This document shows positions 8,447 to 19,269 of a stretch of DNA of 64,000 nt, piece by piece; position 1 is the stretch's first letter, and the number at the start of each line of letters is the position of its first letter. The DNA is from Tepidisphaera sp. (GTDB taxonomy: Bacteria; Planctomycetota; Phycisphaerae; Phycisphaerales; UBA1924), in NCBI GenBank assembly GCA_050916045.1, contig CP051526.1, positions 3,136,001 to 3,200,000 on the forward strand, given 5' to 3'. The notes beneath the pieces are model-generated. The model was given only the letters and a program-made list of their open reading frames with translations. It was not told where the DNA came from and searched no databases. Position numbers and translations under genes: made by a program.

Positions 8447-9967
8447 ATGCACGCCCGCTCCCTTCTGCCCATCGCCCTCGCCGCATCGACCCTCCTCGCC
8501 GGGGCCGCCATCGCCCAATCCCAGGGCGCGGTCCCCCTCCCGGCTTCCGCGGCCAAGCCCAAGCCGGCCGCCAAGCCCGACGACAAAAAGGAAACCCAGC
8601 CCGCCACCACCCCCGACGCCAAGGCCCCGGCCACGCCCGCCGCCGCTCCGAAGGGTGTCACGACCGAGTTCGAGCCCGCGCCCCTCTCCCTCGAGGAAGC
8701 GAACATCACCCTCCTCATCCCCAAGGGCGCCAAGTCCGAAGCCCAGCACGGAGCCGGTGCCGCCGAGATCCAGATCATCCCCGAAGACAAGTCCTGGATC
8801 ATGCGCATCTACACCCGCCAGTTCGCCGATCGGAGCATGACCACCAGCGAGCTCATGAAAGCCCAGATCGAGCTCGTCGAAGCGTCCGTCTCTCAAGAAG
8901 GCTCCAAAGCCAGCACCATCGAGCACAACAAAATCGCCATGGTCGCCGGCCGCCCCGCCGAACGCGTCTACCTCCAGGTCCCCAGCAAGGACGGCAAAAG
9001 CGAGATCGTTCGCGGCATCACCGTCTTCAAGTCTCAGCCCGGCTCCTTCGTCTTCTGCGATGTGCTCTGCGACAAGTCCCGGTTCGAATCCGCACGAGTC
9101 GCTTACGAAGACACCCAGACCACCCTTTCCGTCGTCGATCAGGCCGAATCCCAGGAACGCGTCGCGACCCTCGTCAAGTCCGGAACCCAGCTCCTCACGT
9201 CGCTCTCCGAAGCGGACCTGAAGGAGATCGTCTCCCGGCCCGAACGCTGGGAACGCCTCTACGTCCCCGCCAAGGACGGAGACCCCGAGAAAGCACGCGA
9301 GGTCGGCTACCGCCGCATCCAGACCGGCTTCGGCAAACGTTCCCAGTTCGCCCAGTTCGGAAGCGGCTCGGACGACGCTCCCGGCTTCTTTGTCCAGATC
9401 GACTCACGCCTCCGCGTCGGCGAAAACTACGCCGACATGCAGGGCATCTTCTTCATGACCGTCGATCGCAAGGAAGAGCTCTGGACCCTCAGCACCGCTC
9501 TGAAAACTCCCGAGAAGACCCACGTCGCCCGCGAACTCGGCGCCCGCAAAGACGAAGCCATGACCGTCACCACCACCGACGGCAACAGCCTCGCCAACAG
9601 CAAGCCCGTGCACACCACCATCCCGCCCGAGGGCTACATCTCACGCGTCGAGCACTACCTCCTCCCGCAGATCCTCGTCAAACAGAAAGTCCTCTCCGAG
9701 TTCGGCTTCTACAGCTACCAGCACGAGGACAAGCAGATCCGCATGCGCCGCGATGCGCTCACGCAAGCCGACAAAAACGGCAAGGTCTTCGAGCTCACGA
9801 CAAGCCTGCGCTCCATGGGCGGCGAGAAGACGCTCGTCCAGACCACCCGCATCCGCGACACCGGCGAGCTCATCGAAACCCGACTCGCCGACGGCTCCGT
9901 CTGGGAGCCCACCAACATCAAGACGCTCCTTGAACTCTGGCGAGCCAAGGGCCTGCCGGTCAAATAG
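8447..9967 (+). CDS. Secreted hypothetical protein (signal peptide, Pro/Ala/Lys-rich linker)
   Basis: 506-aa ORF, AGGA SD, Sec signal ending AIA-Q, strong codon bias. Confidence 0.85.
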   Translation: MHARSLLPIALAASTLLAGAAIAQSQGAVPLPASAAKPKPAAKPDDKKETQPATTPDAKAPATPAAAPKGVTTEFEPAPLSLEEANITLLIPKGAKSEAQHGAGAAEIQIIPEDKSWIMRIYTRQFADRSMTTSELMKAQIELVEASVSQEGSKASTIEHNKIAMVAGRPAERVYLQVPSKDGKSEIVRGITVFKSQPGSFVFCDVLCDKSRFESARVAYEDTQTTLSVVDQAESQERVATLVKSGTQLLTSLSEADLKEIVSRPERWERLYVPAKDGDPEKAREVGYRRIQTGFGKRSQFAQFGSGSDDAPGFFVQIDSRLRVGENYADMQGIFFMTVDRKEELWTLSTALKTPEKTHVARELGARKDEAMTVTTTDGNSLANSKPVHTTIPPEGYISRVEHYLLPQILVKQKVLSEFGFYSYQHEDKQIRMRRDALTQADKNGKVFELTTSLRSMGGEKTLVQTTRIRDTGELIETRLADGSVWEPTNIKTLLELWRAKGLPVK

Positions 9968-10002
9968 CCCGATGACCGGCCCTTCCCCCCTATGCTCGCG
10001 TC

Positions 10003-11028
10003 ATGGCGACCGAGCGTGTCATCTCCCCCTCCCTTTCCCCGGAAGAGGACCAGCGCAACTGGGCGCTCCGCCCGCAGAAGCTCTCGGAGTACGTCGGGCA
10101 GGATGACTTCCTCGAACGGCTTTCCATCGCCGTCCACGCCGCTTCCAAGCGGCAGGAGCCGGTCGAACACATCCTGCTTCACGGCCCGCCGGGCCTGGGC
10201 AAGACCTCGATGGCCCACGTCATCGCCGCCGAGCTCGGCACCAACATCTTCGTGACCTCCGGCCCCGCCCTCACCAAAGGCACCGACCTCGTCGCCGCGC
10301 TCACGCGCCTGGGCCCCCGCGATGTGCTCTTCATCGACGAGATCCACCGCTTGCCCATCCAGGTCGAGGAGTTCATCTACCCCGCGATGGAAGACTACCG
10401 CGTCGACGTCACCGTCGATTCCGGCCTCGCCGCCCGCACCGTCCAGATCAAGTGCAAGCCCTTCACGCTGATCGGCGCCACAACCCGCGCCGGCCTGCTC
10501 TCGGGCCCCCTCCGCGGCCGATTCGGCATGACGCACCACCTCCGCTACTACGCGGTACCCGAGCTCATCCGCATCCTCAGCCGCGCCTGCTCGCTCCTCG
10601 CGATCCCGCGCGTCGACGAAGCCGCGCTCAACCTCATCGCCGACCGCTCGCGCGGCACGCCCCGCGTCGCCAACCGCCTCCTCCGCCGCGTCCGGGATTT
10701 CGCGACCGTCAGGGCCCGCGGCGAGATCTCCATCCCGATCACCCGCGAAGCCCTCGCGCTCGAAGGCGTCGATGACCTCGGCCTCGACGGCCTCGACCGC
10801 GCCTATCTCACCACCATCGGCAACGTCTACTCCGGCGGCCCCGTCGGCGTCGAAGCCATCGCCGCCACCATGAACGAAGACGCCGCCACGCTCGAGGACG
10901 TCGTCGAGCCCTACCTGCTCCAGATCGGCTTCCTCGCCCGCACCCGCCGCGGCCGCGCCCTCACCGCCCGGGCCATCAAGCATCTAGGCCTCTCCTGCAA
11001 AGTGCCCGAGGACGCCGGCGGCGACTGA
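10003..11028 (+). CDS. ruvB: Holliday junction branch migration helicase RuvB
   Basis: LRPQKLSEYVGQ, GPPGLGKT, LFIDEIHRL, GATTRAG, RGTPRVANRLLRRVRDF, EPYLLQ. Confidence 0.97.
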   Translation: MATERVISPSLSPEEDQRNWALRPQKLSEYVGQDDFLERLSIAVHAASKRQEPVEHILLHGPPGLGKTSMAHVIAAELGTNIFVTSGPALTKGTDLVAALTRLGPRDVLFIDEIHRLPIQVEEFIYPAMEDYRVDVTVDSGLAARTVQIKCKPFTLIGATTRAGLLSGPLRGRFGMTHHLRYYAVPELIRILSRACSLLAIPRVDEAALNLIADRSRGTPRVANRLLRRVRDFATVRARGEISIPITREALALEGVDDLGLDGLDRAYLTTIGNVYSGGPVGVEAIAATMNEDAATLEDVVEPYLLQIGFLARTRRGRALTARAIKHLGLSCKVPEDAGGD

Positions 11029-11166
11029 TCGCAAAAAACAGAGCCCGCAGCGCAAGCAAGGGAGAATCGGCAAGGGTGACCCGAGCCTAACCCCACCGAT
11101 GCGGCGCAACAGGTGAATCGTGAGCAATCCGCGCAGCGTTCTCGCGAAAACCCATGCCACGCGCGC

Positions 11167-12258
11167 TCAATACGGAGGCAGCGCCCTCCGTACCACGTGA
11201 ACCAGGACGATCGCGAGAAGCACCAAGCTCCGCAGCGGCATGACCAGCCAGCGACCACCACCGAAAACACCCGCTGCCGCTTTCGGATCGCTTTCCGAGG
11301 CTGCGAGCCCCCGAACCCGACCGAGCGAACAGGGCCAATCCGCGATCCCGTTGAGCCAGTCGCCCGGCAAAGCAGCTTCGCCGACCCTGGCACCCACCAG
11401 CCCGCCGACGAGCGCGCCGGTGGTGTCCGTATCCCCGCCCAGCCGAACCACCGCGTCGATCGCGGCACGTGCGTCCAGCGGATGGGCGAGCCACGCATGG
11501 ATCACCGCAGGAGCGGTGTGCATGACAAACCCGCTGATGCCACGACCGAGCCCCAACCGATCGGCAAACGACGCGGTGTTCTCGCCCGTCCCCACCGATT
11601 CGATCGCCCGCAGAATGACGTCCTTGACCTGCCCGGGCGGCAGAGCCGATTCGACCGCATTTCGATAGGCAACGGCGACCTCGGCAGCATCGTTTCGAGA
11701 CGATACTCGCCCGGCGAGCGCGATCGCCATGGCCGCGTGCTCCGCTCGCTCGTCGGTATGGGTCACGCGTGTCGACACACGGACGAACGCCGCGAGTTCA
11801 TCCACCGATTCGCACACCACGCCGAGCGGGAGCGACCGCATCAGCGGCCCGTTCCCGGCGGACCGAACCCCGCTCTTCTCGAAAGAAAAGCCCGCGAGCA
11901 GCTTGATGCACGCTTTCGCCGTCGCCATGCCCGCAGCCGGCGGCACTCCGAGAATCCACCGCTTCAGCCCGCTCGCAAGCGCACGGCCGAACCGAACCGG
12001 GTCGGCGACTCCGGTCTCATCGACCGACGCGAAGTAGGCGTGCGTGGTGATCGCCGCATGCTCGGAGTCATCGCTGACCAAGCCGTACCGACCCCACGGC
12101 AGCACAAGCAACCGATGCCCGAGCGGCCGAGCCGCGTGCATCTTCGTGACGCGTCGCCTTGAAATGTTCTCAAACGGCAGACCGATCGAGTCCCCGATCA
12201 TCATGCCTAGCAAGCATCCGCCAAGCGCGGCTTCACGACCTGCGACGGCCGGACGCAT
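11167..12258 (-). CDS. ADP-ribosylglycohydrolase (DraG/ARH) family protein
   Basis: GDSIGLPFE, SDDSE, AGNGPLMR, THTD, GGDTDT. Confidence 0.9.
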   Translation of the reverse strand: MRPAVAGREAALGGCLLGMMIGDSIGLPFENISRRRVTKMHAARPLGHRLLVLPWGRYGLVSDDSEHAAITTHAYFASVDETGVADPVRFGRALASGLKRWILGVPPAAGMATAKACIKLLAGFSFEKSGVRSAGNGPLMRSLPLGVVCESVDELAAFVRVSTRVTHTDERAEHAAMAIALAGRVSSRNDAAEVAVAYRNAVESALPPGQVKDVILRAIESVGTGENTASFADRLGLGRGISGFVMHTAPAVIHAWLAHPLDARAAIDAVVRLGGDTDTTGALVGGLVGARVGEAALPGDWLNGIADWPCSLGRVRGLAASESDPKAAAGVFGGGRWLVMPLRSLVLLAIVLVHVVRRALPPY

Positions 12259-12273
12259 GAGGAACCCCTCGGA

Positions 12274-13032
12274 CTACTTCTTCCCCGCCGGAGCCATCGA
12301 CTCCGCCAGTTCCTTCTCAACGTACAGAATGCAGCCGCAGTTCGTGCACCGCGTCAGCCTGCCCGTCGAAAGCAGCGCGTTCACGCCGTCCATCGTGAGC
12401 GTCCGCTGGCACGACCCGCAGGTGAACTCGTAGTGCTTGCGATCGAGTTCCTCGATCGGCGCCATCGCTTCCTCGCCGCGAACGGCCAGAAGCTTCTCGA
12501 ACGTCGACAGCGCTTCGGCCGCCACACCGGTCTTGGCGGTGTTGCGCTCGGCGGTCAGCTCGGCGAGCCGCCCCTCGATCTCCTTGGCTTTCGCGTCCCG
12601 ATCCGCGAGCGCGACGCCCCGGACCTTCTCGCGTTCGGCCCGCTTGCTCGCGAACTCAGCGACCTGCTTGTTGAGTTCCTCGATCTTGGTCATCGTCTCA
12701 AGAGCCTGCGTCTCGAACTTGTCCTTCTCGAGCTTGATCGTGTTGTGCTCGGTCAGGAGCGCCGTGTAGTCCTTGCTCTTGGTCGTGGACTCCATCTGCG
12801 TCTTGATGGAAGCCATCCGCGTCGAGTGCTTCTGCGCCTCGGCTTCCGCGCTCCTCTGCGCCACCATGAGCTGCTTGACCTGCTGGTCGATCGTTGCTTT
12901 CTGCGAGTCGATCAGACCGAGCTGCTTGTCCTGCTCGGCGAGAAAGCGTTCCGCCGCCGTCAATCGGCCCTTGAGGCCCCGGATCTGTTTCTCGACGTTG
13001 AACAGGGCGAGCAGCTTGGCGGTCACGTTCAT
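12274..13032 (-). CDS. Coiled-coil protein with C-terminal C4 zinc ribbon (CT398/DUF164-like)
   Basis: Long heptad coiled coil then CGSC...CTNCGCILY. Confidence 0.88.
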   Translation of the reverse strand: MNVTAKLLALFNVEKQIRGLKGRLTAAERFLAEQDKQLGLIDSQKATIDQQVKQLMVAQRSAEAEAQKHSTRMASIKTQMESTTKSKDYTALLTEHNTIKLEKDKFETQALETMTKIEELNKQVAEFASKRAEREKVRGVALADRDAKAKEIEGRLAELTAERNTAKTGVAAEALSTFEKLLAVRGEEAMAPIEELDRKHYEFTCGSCQRTLTMDGVNALLSTGRLTRCTNCGCILYVEKELAESMAPAGKK

Positions 13033-13137
13033 GGGCGGGTGGGCTCCAACCGAAGGCCGGGTCTGACTTTCCGAGAGGATAGGCCCCCGATGCACCGCGC
13101 GAAGCCCCACCCCTCGCCGCCTTCCCCTCAAAAGACC

Positions 13138-14034
13138 CTACCGCTCCACGAACCAGCGAAGCCACCACACCGCAAACGGCATCACCAAAAGCGGAGAATC
13201 AAGCACATCCAGCACGCCCCCGAACCCCGGAAGCGAATGCCCCGAGTCCTTCCGACCCGCATCCCGCTTGAAAAGCGACATCATCAGATCGCCAAGCTGT
13301 CCCACCACCGCGCAGCACGCCCCCACCACCGCCGCTTCCCACTCCGACGGCAATGGCTCATCCGGCAACGCCCGCCGAAGCACCAGCACCCCCAACACCG
13401 CCACCATCGCCGCGAACACGATCCCCCCGGCCAGCCCTTCCCACGTCTTCCCCGGGCTCAGCCACGGGATCAGCTTGTGCCTCCCCACCGCTTTGCCCGT
13501 GAAGTACGCCCCAGTGTCGCACGCTTTCGTCACCACCAAAATCCAAAGCAGAACCCAGGCCGAGTGATCCCGCCGAATCGTCAGAATGCACCCGAACATC
13601 AGCCCCAGATACGTGAACGAAAGCAGCGTCCCCCCCGCCGCCGCCACCACCCCCTGCGTGTTCTGCCGCCTCGAGTAATACACCAGCGACGCCAGCATCA
13701 CCACGATCGCCGCGCTCGCCACAATCGAAGCCCCGTGATCCGCCGGAATCGACCTCGGCACCGCCGACGTCGCAATCAAACCCGTCAAAGCCGCCGCACA
13801 CGTCAGACCCGTCTGCGCGTGAATCCCCTTCTCCCGCATGATCCGCCCAAGCTCCCGGGCCGCCATGAACGAGATCGGAAGCATCACCGTGAAAATCACA
13901 AGCCCCGGCGGCACCACCGTCTGACCAAGAATCGGCGAAGGCAACGCCTTGCCCGCCAAGGTCTCGTCGAGCCACAAAAGCCCGACCAGCGTCGCGATCA
14001 GCAGAATCCCAAGCGGCAACCGGTACTTCAGCAC
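13138..14034 (-). CDS. cdsA: Phosphatidate cytidylyltransferase
   Basis: DTGAYFTG, SPGKTWEG, GDLMMSLFKRDAGRKDSG, PGFGGVLDVLDS; GTG start inferred from upstream TATGCT. Confidence 0.93.
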   Translation of the reverse strand: MLKYRLPLGILLIATLVGLLWLDETLAGKALPSPILGQTVVPPGLVIFTVMLPISFMAARELGRIMREKGIHAQTGLTCAAALTGLIATSAVPRSIPADHGASIVASAAIVVMLASLVYYSRRQNTQGVVAAAGGTLLSFTYLGLMFGCILTIRRDHSAWVLLWILVVTKACDTGAYFTGKAVGRHKLIPWLSPGKTWEGLAGGIVFAAMVAVLGVLVLRRALPDEPLPSEWEAAVVGACCAVVGQLGDLMMSLFKRDAGRKDSGHSLPGFGGVLDVLDSPLLVMPFAVWWLRWFVER

Positions 14035-14113
14035 GGGGCACAGCATATCGCACCCCCACACCGCACGACGACCCTCCCGCCACGCCACCCACCGCCCGGT
14101 TACCCTCTCCCAC

Positions 14114-14626
14114 GTGGCGATCTACCTCCTCGGACTCCGCGGCAGCGGCAAAACCACCGTCGGCAAGCTCGTCGCCGATGAGCGGGGCGCCCCCTTCGTC
14201 GACCTCGACCACATCACCCCGGAAATCCTCGGCTTCCCCTCCGCCGCCGACGCTCTCCGCATCCGCGGCCTCCAAGCCTTCCGCGACGCTGAACGCCAGG
14301 CGCTCGACGACCCCCGCGTCCTCGCCGCCGGCATCGTCTCCCTCGGCGGCGGCACCCCGACGCACCCGCCCTGCGAAGCCGAACTCCGCCGCCGCGCCGC
14401 TTCCGGCCACACGCTCATCTACCTCCGAGCCTCCATCGACACCCTCCGCGCCCGCCTCGCCGCGACCGACCTCGCCACCCGCCCCTCCCTCACCGGCGCC
14501 GACCCGCTGGCTGAGATCCCCGCCCTCTGGGCCGCGCGCGACCCGCTTTACCGCTCGCTTGCGTCGAAAGTGATCGAAGTCGACGGCCTCACCGACCGCG
14601 AAGTCGCACAGCGGGTGATGGCGTGA
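14114..14626 (+). CDS. aroK: Shikimate kinase
   Basis: GLRGSGKTTVG, DLD, FRDAE, SLGGG, RPSL, RDPLY. Confidence 0.92.
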   Translation: MAIYLLGLRGSGKTTVGKLVADERGAPFVDLDHITPEILGFPSAADALRIRGLQAFRDAERQALDDPRVLAAGIVSLGGGTPTHPPCEAELRRRAASGHTLIYLRASIDTLRARLAATDLATRPSLTGADPLAEIPALWAARDPLYRSLASKVIEVDGLTDREVAQRVMA

Positions 14627-15492
14627 GCCCGGGCAAAACAGGGAGCCCCTCTGCAGGCCGCACCACGCTCCGCATCATCGGAGCGGCACTGCTAACCCTT
14701 GCACTGATCTGCTTTATTGCCGGCGTCCTCACGGACCACATCTTTCCCGTCATGGTCGGCGTCTTCCTCGCAGTTCCCGGCGGCCTGCTCTTCACCATGA
14801 GTTTCTACGGCAGCCACGAACGTTCGGTCTGGCTTCGCCTTTACGCACTGGACTACCGCGAATGCGCATCCTGCCACGAACCGCTCGAGGGCCTGCCGGA
14901 CGGACCCTGCCCGCGCTGCAAGATTCACTTCGTCGCGGATTCGCTGCGAGCCAAGTACCCGAAACCCCCCAGCGGCGTTGATCCAGACCTGGCCATGGAG
15001 CAAGCCGGTTGGATCCCCGGGAAAGGCCCCGCCCGCAGCAGACGCCTGGAACTGACCTCGCCCTGGGCGTTCGGTGTCTGGCTCGCGGTCACCATCGGCG
15101 GTCTCTCCATGATGCCCCTCTCCCACAGAATCGCCGGACAGCCAACCGCAACTGTTCTGGGCATCGTCTCCCAGCTTGTCTACATCACAGGGCTCGCTTT
15201 CACCGTGGTGGCATGGCGCAACCGCAAAGCAGCTCGCGTGATCGCTCTGGATTTCCGCATCTGCACGCGGTGCGGGTTCGACCTTCGCGGTCTTCCCTCA
15301 CCCGGTCTCTGCCCGGAGTGCAACCGGGCGTTCACGGCTGACGCTTTGCGAATCCGCTGGCTCAGCAAACTCCCCATCGCCGCCAATGTCGACCTTGAAT
15401 CCACAAAGGAACGCTGGCTCCGGGACCATCCGGGCGATCGTGCCGTGTCCGTTCACGCTGCTGCCGATCCGCGCGACGCGACACAAACCTGA
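14623..15492 (+). CDS. Membrane protein with two tandem 2-TM plus Zn-ribbon modules
   Basis: CASC...CPRC and CTRCGFDLRGL...CPEC, each after a TM pair; GTGA overlap with aroK. Confidence 0.75.
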   Translation: MSPGKTGSPSAGRTTLRIIGAALLTLALICFIAGVLTDHIFPVMVGVFLAVPGGLLFTMSFYGSHERSVWLRLYALDYRECASCHEPLEGLPDGPCPRCKIHFVADSLRAKYPKPPSGVDPDLAMEQAGWIPGKGPARSRRLELTSPWAFGVWLAVTIGGLSMMPLSHRIAGQPTATVLGIVSQLVYITGLAFTVVAWRNRKAARVIALDFRICTRCGFDLRGLPSPGLCPECNRAFTADALRIRWLSKLPIAANVDLESTKERWLRDHPGDRAVSVHAAADPRDATQT

Positions 15493-15780
15493 GCTCTCGC
15501 CCCAGCAACACCTTGTTTAGGCGGTCGCTCCTGACCGCTTTCCTGGCCGCCTCCGGTGCCGCCGTTCGCACAATTGGCCCAAACAAAGACCTTTCGTCTT
15601 GACTCCTCCCGGCGGCGTCCCTTTCCTAGGAGCGGCTCGCCGGCCGGACTCTGACGCTCGCGAGGCCTTTCCGGCGCGATTTTGGAGCCCTGAAAGCTCC
15701 CTCGGACCGACGTACTCCCGCCGGCATCCAGCAGATCGATCCCCTCCGCGACCCGCGGCCCTTCAGATAGATACGGACCC

Positions 15781-18579
15781 ATGGCAAAGAAGGCAACGAC
15801 CAAAAAGAAAGCGGCCAAGTCGACCGCCGCCGCACCCTTCGAAGCGACCGCCGCCGGCTCGCCCGAAGCCGCATCCGCCCCCACCCCCGCCAAGGGCGGC
15901 GGTGGACGTCGCCGCTCCGGCAGCGGACGCACCTTCAAGCCCTACACCGTGGGCACCGCTCGCGGCAAGGACCTCGTCATCGTCGAGTCGCCCGCCAAGG
16001 GCAAGACCATCAACAAGTACCTCGGCGACAAGTTCCACGTCATGGCTTCCGTCGGCCACGTCCGCGACCTTCCCAGCCGAAACCCCAAGGGCGTCAAGAA
16101 CCCCGTCCCCGGCGTCGACCTCGAGCACGACTTCAAGCCCACCTACATCGTCACCGAGGACCGCGAGCAGGTCATCAAGGACCTCAAGCGGGCTACGAAG
16201 GACGTCAAGGACTCCGGCGGCGAGGTCTGGTTCGCAACCGACTTGGATCGCGAGGGAGAAGCCATCGCCTGGCACCTCGCGCAGGAACTCGGCATCCCAA
16301 GCAAGCAAGCTCGCCGCGTCCGCTTCCCCGCCATCACCAAAGCCGAGATCGAACGCGCCTTCAAAAACCCGCACGAGATCGACGAAGACCGCGTCAACGC
16401 CCAGCAAGCCCGCCGCATCTTGGACCGCATCGTCGGCTACCAGGTCTCGCCGCTCCTTTGGAAAAAGGTCGCTCGCGGCCTCTCCGCCGGGCGAGTCCAG
16501 TCCGTCGCCGTCCGCGTCGTCGTCGAACGCGAGAAGGAAATCCGAGCGTTCATCCCCGAGGAATTCTGGGCCGTCGAAGCCTGCTTCACACCCGAGATCG
16601 CCAAAGCCTCCGGCTTGGCCAAGTCCTTCGCCGACATGCTCGGCAAGAAGAACGAGAAGGGCGAAGGCCCGATCGTCCGCGAGATCAACGCCTGGCTCGG
16701 TGAGCACGGCGGCATCCGTGCCGAGCTTGTCGAAATCGGCGGCGAGAAGTTCGACGGCCGCGCGAAGAAAACCGGCGAAGAGCTCGCCGCGTGGGCTTTG
16801 GGCGTCGCGACCTCCGCCGGCCTGACCGGCATCAAGACCGAAGTCCGCGAGGATGAGAAGGGCAAGGGGCCGGCGAAGTTCGTGCGCACCATGCGCGGCA
16901 CGGTCGACACCGCGACCCCCTACCGCATCGTCTCGATCGAGACCAAGCGGACGACCACGCGGCCCGCGCCCCCGTTCATCACGAGCACGCTGCAGCAAGC
17001 AGGCAGCTCCCGCCTCGGCTTTGGCCCGCAGCGGACGATGCGCACCGCCCAGACGTTGTACGAAGGCGTGGACATCCCCGGCGAGGGGCCGGTCGGTCTC
17101 ATCACCTACATGCGTACCGACTCGACGCACCTCTCGAAGGATGCGCTCGACATGGCCCGCGGCTACATCGATTCCGCTTTCGGCAAGCGGTACCTGCCCG
17201 AGAAGCCCAACTTCTTCACAAGCAGCAACAAGGACGCGCAGGAAGCCCACGAAGCCATCCGCCCCACCAACGTTGAGCTGACGCCCGCAAAGGTCCGCCG
17301 CGCCCTCAACGACGACCAGTTCCGCCTTTACTCGATGATCTGGGAGCGCTTCGTCGCTTGCCAGATGGTCCCCGCCGAGTGGGACTCCACCGCGATCACC
17401 ATCCAGGGCGGCAAGGACAAAGCAAAGCCGCTCAGCTTCCGCGCCACCGGCCGCGTCCTCGTCTTCGACGGCTTCTACAAAGCCACCGGCGTTCCCAAAG
17501 CCGCCGACGAGCAGACGCTCCCCCCGCTCAAGGAACAGCAGCCCCTCGCCCCCTTCGACATCGACCCCGAGCAGAAGTTCACCCAGCCCCCCGCTCGGTA
17601 CAGCGAAGCCAGCCTCATCAAGATGCTCGAGTCCGAGGGGATCGGCCGCCCCTCCACCTACGCCTCGATCATCTCGACGATCCTCGACCGAAAGTACGTC
17701 GAAGCGATCGACCGCCGCCTGTACGCGTCGGACCTCGGCGAGGTCGTGACCGACAAGCTGATCGAAGCGTTCCCGGACATCATGGACCTGGGCTACACCC
17801 GGGAGATGGAACTCCAACTCGACAAGGTCGAGGAGGACCACCTGGACTGGGTCGACATGCTCCGCAAGTTCTACGGGCCCTTCAAGAAGAGCCTTGCCAG
17901 CGCCGAGACGAGCTTGGTGCACGCGAAAGCCGAGAGCACGCCCGCGCCGTACAAGTGCCCCAAGTGCGGGGCTGGCACGGTCTTCAAGTTTGGCAAGAAC
18001 GGCCGGTTCCTCTCCTGCGCCCGCTACCCCGACTGCGACTACGCCAGCCCCGTCGACCGCGACGGCACGCCGCGTCCCGCGGTCGAAGGGATCGACGTCG
18101 CCTGCCCCAAGTGCGGCAGCGCGATGACCAAGCGCGTCGGTCGCTTCGGCCCCTTCCTCGGCTGTTCCAAGTACGGCGACAAGGAATCGCCCTGCGACGG
18201 AATCCTCAACATCGACAAGAAGGGCAAGGTCGTCGCGCCCAGCCAGCCCCCGGTCACAACCGACCTCCCCTGCACCGCCTGCGGTCGACCGCTCAACCTG
18301 CGAGCCGGCCTCAAGGGCCCTTGGCTCTCCTGCTCGGGGTTCCCCAAGTGCCGCGGCCGCGGCAAGTGGGCCGAACTCTCCGAACCCAAGCAGAAAGAGC
18401 TCGAACTCGCCCTGCTCAACCACGACAAAGCCAACCCGATCCCGGTGATCAAGACGATGTCGGGCAAGCCGCTCACCGATGCGCGCGGCAAGCCGCTCGC
18501 GACCGCGCCGACCGTCGACGTGCTCGCAGGCGACTCGCCCCAAACCTTGGAACAGATCGCCGACGAGATCGGCGTCTAA
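15781..18579 (+). CDS. topA: DNA topoisomerase I (type IA) with C-terminal Zn fingers
   Basis: LVIVESPAK, ATDLDREGE, SAGRVQS, ITYMRTDS, QEAHEAIRPT, GIGRPSTYA, three C4 ribbons. Confidence 0.97.
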   Translation: MAKKATTKKKAAKSTAAAPFEATAAGSPEAASAPTPAKGGGGRRRSGSGRTFKPYTVGTARGKDLVIVESPAKGKTINKYLGDKFHVMASVGHVRDLPSRNPKGVKNPVPGVDLEHDFKPTYIVTEDREQVIKDLKRATKDVKDSGGEVWFATDLDREGEAIAWHLAQELGIPSKQARRVRFPAITKAEIERAFKNPHEIDEDRVNAQQARRILDRIVGYQVSPLLWKKVARGLSAGRVQSVAVRVVVEREKEIRAFIPEEFWAVEACFTPEIAKASGLAKSFADMLGKKNEKGEGPIVREINAWLGEHGGIRAELVEIGGEKFDGRAKKTGEELAAWALGVATSAGLTGIKTEVREDEKGKGPAKFVRTMRGTVDTATPYRIVSIETKRTTTRPAPPFITSTLQQAGSSRLGFGPQRTMRTAQTLYEGVDIPGEGPVGLITYMRTDSTHLSKDALDMARGYIDSAFGKRYLPEKPNFFTSSNKDAQEAHEAIRPTNVELTPAKVRRALNDDQFRLYSMIWERFVACQMVPAEWDSTAITIQGGKDKAKPLSFRATGRVLVFDGFYKATGVPKAADEQTLPPLKEQQPLAPFDIDPEQKFTQPPARYSEASLIKMLESEGIGRPSTYASIISTILDRKYVEAIDRRLYASDLGEVVTDKLIEAFPDIMDLGYTREMELQLDKVEEDHLDWVDMLRKFYGPFKKSLASAETSLVHAKAESTPAPYKCPKCGAGTVFKFGKNGRFLSCARYPDCDYASPVDRDGTPRPAVEGIDVACPKCGSAMTKRVGRFGPFLGCSKYGDKESPCDGILNIDKKGKVVAPSQPPVTTDLPCTACGRPLNLRAGLKGPWLSCSGFPKCRGRGKWAELSEPKQKELELALLNHDKANPIPVIKTMSGKPLTDARGKPLATAPTVDVLAGDSPQTLEQIADEIGV

Positions 18580-18626
18580 GCGACGCTCGACCTCGGAGCT
18601 CGGCGATTAACCTCGGGGCTCGGCGA

Positions 18627-19115
18627 TTACATGATGCTCGGCAGGCCCAGCGCCCGCCGGATCGTCGCAACCTGCCCGATGTGCCAGCCCTCGTGCCAGC
18701 AGATCTTCATCAGCATGTCGAACCCGTCGTTCGCGAAACCGCCCGTCTGCTCCTTCAGCGAGCCCGCGAGCGTCTTGTCATCGACGGTGTCAAGCCAGTT
18801 CCGCACCGCGCTGCGGCAACCGTCGAAATACCCGCGAACCTCCGCCAGCGAGGGATACTTCGAAGCGTCGTTCACCGGCTTGGAACCCATGCCGAACAGC
18901 GCCGAATAGGCCTCGGGAACCTCGGCTCCCGGGATCTTGAAGGTCGCGCCGACCCACGCGTCGGTGCTCGCCAGGTGACCAAGGGTCCAGATCAGGTGGT
19001 TGTCTTCCGGACCGGTCTGGAAGGTCGCTTTGTCGTTCGGCCAGTCGTTGATCGCTTTGAGCGAGATAATCCGAGTCCAGTGGAGCATGTCGGACAGGTA
19101 CGCGCGGGTGTTCAT
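18627..19115 (-). CDS. DinB/YfiT-like family protein
   Basis: NHLIWTLGHLA...HEGWHIGQ metal-binding His pattern; AAGGAG SD. Confidence 0.85.
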   Translation of the reverse strand: MNTRAYLSDMLHWTRIISLKAINDWPNDKATFQTGPEDNHLIWTLGHLASTDAWVGATFKIPGAEVPEAYSALFGMGSKPVNDASKYPSLAEVRGYFDGCRSAVRNWLDTVDDKTLAGSLKEQTGGFANDGFDMLMKICWHEGWHIGQVATIRRALGLPSIM

Positions 19116-19269
19116 GGGGTAATCTCCTTGGAGGAGGCTAGGTCGCGGCCAAGCCCGCTGGTGGCGCGTCAATCTGGGGGCCCGCAGGCCGCGTGCAGAA
19201 CCCGCACGGGTGTGCTAATCTCTCAACCGGTTCAGCCGGACTGACTCCCCCAAGTGCCTGGACGAAGTG

